From a virus (Duplodnaviria; Heunggongvirae; Uroviricota; Caudoviricetes), in IMG/VR virus record IMGVR_UViG_2681813233_000010: a stretch of 25,181 nucleotides of DNA; one strand, 5' to 3'. The notes below the pieces were generated by a model, which was not told the origin of the DNA, did no database searches, and worked only from the letters and a program-made list of their open reading frames with translations. This document shows positions 19,765 to 25,181 of this stretch, piece by piece. The number at the start of each line of letters is the position of its first letter. The stretch's first letter is position 1. Made by a program: the position numbers and the translations under genes.

Positions 19765-19893
19765 ATGGATTTCGACACAATCATGGAAAAGGCTTACGAA
19801 GAATACTTCGAAGGTCTTGCCGACGGCGAAGAAGCTCTCAGCTTCAACGAATTTAAACAGGCGCTTTCCAGTTCGGCAAAATCTAACGGCTGA
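19765..19893 (+). CDS. ydfB: YdfB small protein, 42 aa
   Basis: Hand translation MDFDTIMEKAYEEYFEGLADGEEALSFNEFKQALSSSAKSNG; starts 1 nt after the ydfA stop. Confidence 0.7.
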   Translation: MDFDTIMEKAYEEYFEGLADGEEALSFNEFKQALSSSAKSNG

Positions 19894-19922
19894 TAAGCGA
19901 AACAGCACCGCGAGGAATCAGT

Positions 19923-20141
19923 ATGCAGAAACGAGAACCCGTCATCATCGCGCCAGACTATACCGATGATGAACTTTATGAGTGGATGCGCCAGAAAATT
20001 AATGCAGCGCAGGATTTGAAATGGGCCAATGAAACCAGGGCTAAGCAGGCTGAAAATCTGTCCGCTCTGGAGCAGGATATCACCAATCTGGAAAAAGCAG
20101 CGGCATTAAGCATTGCCAGAATGATTACATACCCGCGTTAG
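19923..20141 (+). CDS. ydfC: YdfC, 72 aa
   Basis: MQKREPVIIAPDYTDDELYEWMRQKINAAQDLKWANETRAKQAENLSALEQDITNLEKAAALSIARMITYPR; GAGGAA Shine-Dalgarno. Confidence 0.8.
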   Translation: MQKREPVIIAPDYTDDELYEWMRQKINAAQDLKWANETRAKQAENLSALEQDITNLEKAAALSIARMITYPR

Positions 20142-20481
20142 TAGCTAATCAACAAAGCTAAGGTTAGTAATTAAGGAGTTCTCCACGGGTGAGGTGGAGT
20201 GCGTGCGCCGGACACGGGTGAGCATCCGGCACTGACAGTTTACTGAAAGGATATTTCCCTGAAAAGTCAGACCATAACGCGAAAGCGCACGGCGAGGTAG
20301 CTGGTTCATAGATAGCCTGTCGTTAAATTTTCGTCGACCGTGCGCTTCCGGTTGTGGCAACCCGCGAAATGGCGCGGCGGTAAGTATGGCGGGGTTATTC
20401 CTTCCCCGTTGAGGACACCGGGTTGTCAGGTTGACCATACGCTTAAGTGACAACCCCGCTGCAACGCCCTCTGTTATCAAT

Positions 20482-20539
20482 TTTCTGGTGACGTTTGGCG
20501 GTATCAGTTTTACTCCGTGACTGCTCTGCCGCCCTTTTT
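20482..20539 (+). ncRNA. dicF: DicF small regulatory RNA (Hfq-dependent sRNA that represses ftsZ) with intrinsic terminator
   Basis: TTTCTGGTGACGTTTGGCGGTATCAGTTTTACTCCGTGACTGCTCTGCCGCCCTTTTT matches the DicF sequence as recalled; GGCGG / CCGCC terminator stem then T-run. Confidence 0.85.
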
Positions 20540-20708
20540 AAAGTGAATTTTGTGATGTGGTGAATGCGGCTGAGCGCACGCGGAACAGTTAAAACCAAAA
20601 ACAGTGTTATGGGTGGATTCTCTGTATCCGGCGTTAATTGTTAACTGGTTAACGTCACCTGGAGGCACCAGGCACTGCATCACAAAATTCATTGTTGAGG
20701 ACGCGATA

Positions 20709-20897
20709 ATGAAAACGTTATTACCAAACGTTAATACGTCTGAAGGTTGTTTTGAAATTGGTGTCACTATCAGTAACCCAGTATTTACTGAAGATGCCAT
20801 TAACAAGAGAAAACAAGAACGGGAGCTATTAAATAAAATATGCATTGTTTCAATGCTGGCTCGTTTACGTCTGATGCCAAAAGGATGTGCACAATGA
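20709..20897 (+). CDS. dicB: Cell-division inhibitor DicB (MinC-activating), 62 aa
   Basis: MKTLLPNVNTSEGCFEIGVTISNPVFTEDAINKRKQERELLNKICIVSMLARLRLMPKGCAQ; GAGGA Shine-Dalgarno. Confidence 0.9.
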   Translation: MKTLLPNVNTSEGCFEIGVTISNPVFTEDAINKRKQERELLNKICIVSMLARLRLMPKGCAQ

Positions 20898-21085
20898 ATT
20901 CAGCATTTGTGCTTGTTCTGACAGTTTTTCTTGTTTCCGGAGAGCCAGTTGATATTGCAGTCAGTGTGCACAGGACAATGCAGGAGTGTATGACTGCAGC
21001 AACCGAACAGAAAATTCCCGGTAACTGTTACCCGGTCGATAAAGTTATTCACCAGGATAATATCGAAATCCCGGCAGGTCTTTAA
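20894..21085 (+). CDS. ydfD: YdfD (small membrane protein reported to cause lysis when overexpressed), 63 aa
   Basis: MNSAFVLVLTVFLVSGEPVDIAVSVHRTMQECMTAATEQKIPGNCYPVDKVIHQDNIEIPAGL; ATGA overlap with the dicB stop. Confidence 0.8.
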   Translation: MNSAFVLVLTVFLVSGEPVDIAVSVHRTMQECMTAATEQKIPGNCYPVDKVIHQDNIEIPAGL

Positions 21086-21178
21086 AACAGTTCCGTAATA
21101 AATATCCGGTTTCATTCTTATATGCCAGCAATGGCAGGGATTTGTTCATCCTTAAATCTGTCATGAGGTTAAAACAAA

Positions 21179-21790
21179 ATGAGTAAAGTCTTTATTTGCG
21201 CCGCTATTCCTGACGAACTGGCAACAAGGGAAGAAGGCGCTGTGGCTGTAGCCACAGCCATTGAAGCTGGCGACGAACGCCGTGCTCGAGCAAAATTTCA
21301 CTGGCAGTTCCTGGAACATTATCCGGCTGCTCAGGACTGCGCTTATAAATTTATTGTCTGCGAGGATAAACCTGGCATACCCCGCCCTGCCCTCGATTCA
21401 TGGGATGCTGAATATATGCAGGAAAACCGCTGGGATGAGGAGTCTGCTTCTTTTGTCCCGGTTGAGACTGAATCCGATCCGATGAACGTCACTTTTGACA
21501 AGCTGGCCCCTGAAGTACAGAACGCTGTCATGGTTAAGTTCGACACATGTGAAAACATCACCGTTGATATGGTTATTAGCGCACAGGAATTGTTGCAGGA
21601 AGACATGGCAACATTCGACGGACATATCGTTGAAGCGTTGATGAAAATGCCAGAAGTTAACGCCATGTATCCGGAGCTTAAGTTGCACGCCATTGGGTGG
21701 GTTAAGCATAAATGTATTCCTGGTGCTAAATGGCCCGAAATTCAGGCAGAGATGCGCATCTGGAAAAAACGTCGCGAAGGTGAACGCTAG
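21179..21790 (+). CDS. ydfE: YdfE-like protein, 203 aa, ending at an amber codon that is followed in frame by the next ORF
   Basis: MSKVFICAAIPDELATREEGAVAVATAIEAGDERRARAKFHWQFLEHYP...; TAG at 21788-21790. Confidence 0.7.
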   Translation: MSKVFICAAIPDELATREEGAVAVATAIEAGDERRARAKFHWQFLEHYPAAQDCAYKFIVCEDKPGIPRPALDSWDAEYMQENRWDEESASFVPVETESDPMNVTFDKLAPEVQNAVMVKFDTCENITVDMVISAQELLQEDMATFDGHIVEALMKMPEVNAMYPELKLHAIGWVKHKCIPGAKWPEIQAEMRIWKKRREGER

Positions 21791-21964
21791 GAAACCGGAA
21801 AATACACGTCTGTTGTTGATCTCGCCCGCGCCAGAACCAATCAACAGTACACTGAAAATTCAACAGGAAAAATCAGCCCGGTCATTGCTGCCATTCATCG
21901 CGAATACAAGCAGACATGGAAAACACTGGATGACGAACTGGCCTACGCTCTCTGGCCTGGTGAT

Positions 21965-23650
21965 GTGGATGCCGGAAACATTGACGGCAGCATCCATCGC
22001 TGGGCAAAAAAAGAAGTTATCGACAACGACCGCGAAGACTGGAAGCGTATCTCGGCATCAATGCGCAAACAGCCTGATGCCCTTCGCTACGACCGCCAGA
22101 CTATTTTTGGCCTTGTCCGTGAGCGTCCGATCGACATTCACAAAGATCCCATAGCACTGAACAAATATATCTGCGAATACCTGACGACAAAGGGCGTGTT
22201 TGAGAATGAAGAAACAGACCTGGGCACTGTTGATGTTCTCCAGTCATCAGAAACACAAACTGATGCAGTGGAAACTGAGGTATCTGATATCCCAAAAAAT
22301 GAAACCGCGCCGGAAGCTGAACCATCTGTAGAGCGTGAGGGGCCGTTCTATTTCCTCTTCGCAGATAAGGACGGAGAAAAATACGGTCGCGCAAACAAAC
22401 TTTCTGGTCTGGATAAGGCACTGGCTGCTGGCGCCACTGAAATCACAAAAGAAGAATATTTTGCCCGAAAAAATGGCACATACACGGGCTTACCGCAAAA
22501 TGTAGATACCGCTGAAGATTCAGAACAACCAGAGCCGATAAAAGTTACCGCTGACGAAGTAAACAAAATTATGCAGGCAGCCAATATCAGCCAGCCTGAC
22601 GCCGATAAGTTGCTTGCTGCATCACGTGGTGAATTTGTTGAAGGGATTAGTGACCCGAATGATCCGAAATGGGTTAAGGGGATCCAGACCCGCGATTCTG
22701 TGAACCAGAACCAGCATGAATCGGAACGGAACTACCAAAAAGCGGAACAAAACAGCACAAATGCGTTACAAAACGAGCCAGAAACGAAACAGCCTGAACC
22801 AGTGGCGCAACTGGAAGTGGAAAAAGTCTGCACCGCCTGCGGTCAGACCGGCGGCGGCAACTGCCCTGATTGTGGCGCGGTGATGGGCGACGCAACATAC
22901 CAGGAAACATTCGATGAAGAGTATCAGGTTGAAGTTCAGGAAGATGATCTGGAGGAAATGGAAGGCGCTGAACATCCACACAAGGAGAACACTGGCGGCA
23001 ATCAGCATCACAATAGCGATAATGAAACTGGCGAGACGGCAGATCACTCAATTAAGGTGAACGGTCATCACGAAATCACATCCACCAGCAGGACGTGTGA
23101 CCATCTAATGATCGACCTTGAAACCATGGGAAAAAATCCTGATGCCCCGATCATCTCAATAGGTGCAATATTTTTCGATCCGCAAACCGGAGATATGGGA
23201 CCGGAATTTAGTAAGACTATCGATCTGGAAACTGCTGGCGGAGTCATTGATCGGGACACCATTAAATGGTGGCTTAAGCAATCACGCGAAGCGCAATCTG
23301 CCATTATGACCGATGAAATCCCGTTAGATGATGCACTGTTACAATTGCGGGAATTTATCGACGAAAACTCCGGTGAATTTTTTGTTCAGGTTTGGGGAAA
23401 TGGAGCCAACTTCGACAACACGATTTTGCGCCGTTCATACGAACGGCAGGGGATCCCCTGCCCGTGGCGTTACTACAACGATCGCGATGTACGCACAATC
23501 GTTGAGCTGGGGAAAGCCATAGACTTCGATGCCAGAACGGCTATTCCATTCGAAGGTGAGCGCCATAATGCACTTGATGACGCCCGTTACCAGGCAAAAT
23601 ACGTTTCAGTTATCTGGCAAAAACTGATCCCGAGTCAGGCTGATTCTTAA
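21965..23650 (+). CDS. Acidic protein with CxxC...CxxC zinc ribbon and C-terminal DEDDh 3'-5' exonuclease domain, 561 aa as given by the track; likely the C-terminal part of an amber-interrupted ydfE gene
   Basis: DEDDh motifs MIDLETMG (Exo I), VWGNGANFDNTIL (Exo II), HNALDDARYQAKY (Exo III); zinc ribbon CTACGQTGGGNCPDCG; same frame as ydfE with 58 start-free sense codons between. Confidence 0.7.
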   Translation: MDAGNIDGSIHRWAKKEVIDNDREDWKRISASMRKQPDALRYDRQTIFGLVRERPIDIHKDPIALNKYICEYLTTKGVFENEETDLGTVDVLQSSETQTDAVETEVSDIPKNETAPEAEPSVEREGPFYFLFADKDGEKYGRANKLSGLDKALAAGATEITKEEYFARKNGTYTGLPQNVDTAEDSEQPEPIKVTADEVNKIMQAANISQPDADKLLAASRGEFVEGISDPNDPKWVKGIQTRDSVNQNQHESERNYQKAEQNSTNALQNEPETKQPEPVAQLEVEKVCTACGQTGGGNCPDCGAVMGDATYQETFDEEYQVEVQEDDLEEMEGAEHPHKENTGGNQHHNSDNETGETADHSIKVNGHHEITSTSRTCDHLMIDLETMGKNPDAPIISIGAIFFDPQTGDMGPEFSKTIDLETAGGVIDRDTIKWWLKQSREAQSAIMTDEIPLDDALLQLREFIDENSGEFFVQVWGNGANFDNTILRRSYERQGIPCPWRYYNDRDVRTIVELGKAIDFDARTAIPFEGERHNALDDARYQAKYVSVIWQKLIPSQADS

Positions 23651-23722
23651 TGTTCAACTGTCGCCGGTTGTGACTGGTATTCTGCAACCGGCGCTCGTCT
23701 AATGTAAGAGATAAAGAAATCG

Positions 23723-23974
23723 ATGAGCGAAGTAATCATGATTGTCTCTCCCGGCAAATGGGTATCCGAAGAGCAGTTAATTGCGCTGAAAGGAATAAAA
23801 AAAGGTACGTTAAAAAAGGCTCGGGAAAAATCGTTTATGGAAGGAAGGGAATATAAGCATGTCGCTCATGACGGTATGCCATGGGATAACAGCCCATGCT
23901 TTTACAACCTGGAAGAAATTGATCGCTGGATTGAGCGCCAGGCATCAGCGAGACCAAGACGTCATCTTACTTGA
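23723..23974 (+). CDS. xis: Excisionase-like protein (Xis), 83 aa
   Basis: MSEVIMIVSPGKWVSEEQLIALKGIKKGTLKKAREKSFMEGREYKHV...; immediately upstream of the integrase. Confidence 0.7.
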   Translation: MSEVIMIVSPGKWVSEEQLIALKGIKKGTLKKAREKSFMEGREYKHVAHDGMPWDNSPCFYNLEEIDRWIERQASARPRRHLT

Positions 23975-23993
23975 CTAAAAGCCACACTAACTA

Positions 23994-25172
23994 ATGAGAG
24001 AAGTTGAAATGAAATATCCGACAGGCGTGGAAAACCATGGAGGGAAATTACGTATCTGGTTTGTTTATAAAGGCGTAAGAGTCAGGGAAAATCTGGGGGT
24101 TCCTGACACAGCAAAAAACAGGCGCGTTGCAGGTGAACTACGCGCCTCTGTTTGTTACGCAATAAAAACTGGTGTTTTCGACTATGCAAAACAGTTTCCC
24201 TCCTCACGCAATCTGGAAAAATTTGGTGAGGCCCGACAAGATTTAACCATAAAAGAACTGGCTGAAAAATTTCTGGCACTGAAAGAAACTGAAGTCGCAA
24301 AAACATCACTCAACACATACCGTGCCGTCATCAAAAATATCCTGAGCATAATCGGTGAAAAAAATCTTGCCTCATCGATTAATAAAGAAAAATTACTGGA
24401 GGTTCGTAAAGAGCTACTGACTGGATACCAGATCCCCAAAAGTAACTATATTGTTACACAACCAGGGAGATCGGCTGTAACTGTAAATAATTACATGACA
24501 AATCTTAACGCCGTGTTCCAGTTTGGTGTTGATAACGGTTACTTGGCAGATAACCCGTTTAAGGGGATCTCGCCATTAAAGGAATCAAGAACCATTCCGG
24601 ATCCTCTTTCGCGGGAGGAATTCATCCGTCTTATCGATGCGTGCAGAAATCAGCAAGCCAAAAATTTATGGTGTGTTTCTGTTTATACTGGCGTTCGCCC
24701 TGGTGAGCTGTGTGCACTTGGATGGGAGGACATAGATCTGAAAAATGGAACAATGATGATCAGGAGAAATTTAGCAAAAGACCGTTTCACGGTACCAAAA
24801 ACACAGGCGGGAACCAATCGGGTCATTCATCTTATTAAGCCAGCAATCGACGCTCTCCGGAGTCAGATGACATTAACGAGACTGAGCAAAGAGCATATCA
24901 TTGATGTTCACCTCAGAGAGTATGGCAGAACAGAAAAACAAAAATGCACCTTTGTTTTTCAACCTGAAGTGTCAGCGAGAGTAAAAAATTATGGTGACCA
25001 TTTTACCGTTGACTCAATAAGGCAGATGTGGGACGCAGCGATAAAACGTGCCGGACTCCGCCATCGAAAATCATATCAGTCGAGACATACTTATGCCTGC
25101 TGGTCGCTGACAGCTGGTGCTAACCCGGCATTTATAGCAAACCAGATGGGCCATGCAGATGCGCCACCATAA
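23994..25172 (+). CDS. intQ: Phage tyrosine integrase, C-terminally truncated (defective IntQ-like), 392 aa
   Basis: N-terminal arm-binding-type domain and catalytic region ...SRHTYACWSLTAGANPAFIANQMGHADAPP then stop 6 residues after the LGH-type His, before the expected catalytic Tyr. Confidence 0.8.
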   Translation: MREVEMKYPTGVENHGGKLRIWFVYKGVRVRENLGVPDTAKNRRVAGELRASVCYAIKTGVFDYAKQFPSSRNLEKFGEARQDLTIKELAEKFLALKETEVAKTSLNTYRAVIKNILSIIGEKNLASSINKEKLLEVRKELLTGYQIPKSNYIVTQPGRSAVTVNNYMTNLNAVFQFGVDNGYLADNPFKGISPLKESRTIPDPLSREEFIRLIDACRNQQAKNLWCVSVYTGVRPGELCALGWEDIDLKNGTMMIRRNLAKDRFTVPKTQAGTNRVIHLIKPAIDALRSQMTLTRLSKEHIIDVHLREYGRTEKQKCTFVFQPEVSARVKNYGDHFTVDSIRQMWDAAIKRAGLRHRKSYQSRHTYACWSLTAGANPAFIANQMGHADAPP

Positions 25173-25181
25173 GCCGCGTAA

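Noticed and set aside
20145-20480. 111-aa minus-strand ORF between ydfC and dicF
   Set aside because: Antisense to the dicB operon transcript in the DicF precursor region, no RBS, arginine/proline-rich translation typical of a GC-rich non-coding frame
21343-21844. Minus-strand ORFs of 116 and 148 aa overlapping ydfE
   Set aside because: Shadow frames opposite a gene with clear coding character
22101-23304. Several minus-strand ORFs (22101-22421, 22348-22584, 22674-23051, 22766-23047, 23068-23304) inside the exonuclease ORF
   Set aside because: Antisense frames within a long plus-strand ORF that carries recognisable motifs

Overview
The window is a segment of an Escherichia coli-type lambdoid prophage, closely resembling the cryptic Qin prophage of K-12 but less decayed. 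Most genes lie on the minus strand, so the phage map runs right to left. From low to high coordinates: a lambda-identical packaging module (portal B fragment, W, terminase A, Nu1) ending at a recognisable cos site (cosN at 2884-2895); two opposite-strand moron genes (ynfO-like RHH protein, ydfO-like DUF1398); gnsB, a ynfN-like ORF and cspI; a phage-21-type lysis cassette (spanins rzpQ/rzoQ, SAR endolysin rrrQ, ydfR, pinholin essQ); cspB and cspF; antiterminator Q with a candidate late promoter; ydfU and rem; the relBE-hokD toxin-antitoxin cluster; flxA with a textbook sigma-28 promoter; an inserted IS-like DDE transposase; a poorly characterised stretch (small membrane protein, small ORFs, a coupled wHTH/methyltransferase-like pair); a replication protein; the dicC/dicA immunity switch with operator palindromes; ydfABC, the DicF sRNA, dicB, ydfD; a ydfE gene that is joined in frame, across a single amber codon, to a downstream zinc-ribbon plus DEDDh exonuclease ORF; xis and an integrase that stops before its catalytic tyrosine. 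Two N-runs (2606-2843, 7339-7474) hide the Nu1 N-terminus/cosB and part of the essQ-cspB interval. Nothing in the window is demonstrably a new system. The best candidates for something undescribed are the amber-split ydfE-exonuclease gene and the uncharacterised 15.1-17.2 kb stretch between the IS and the replication gene. All identifications are from reading the sequence and recalled protein families; no database search was run.
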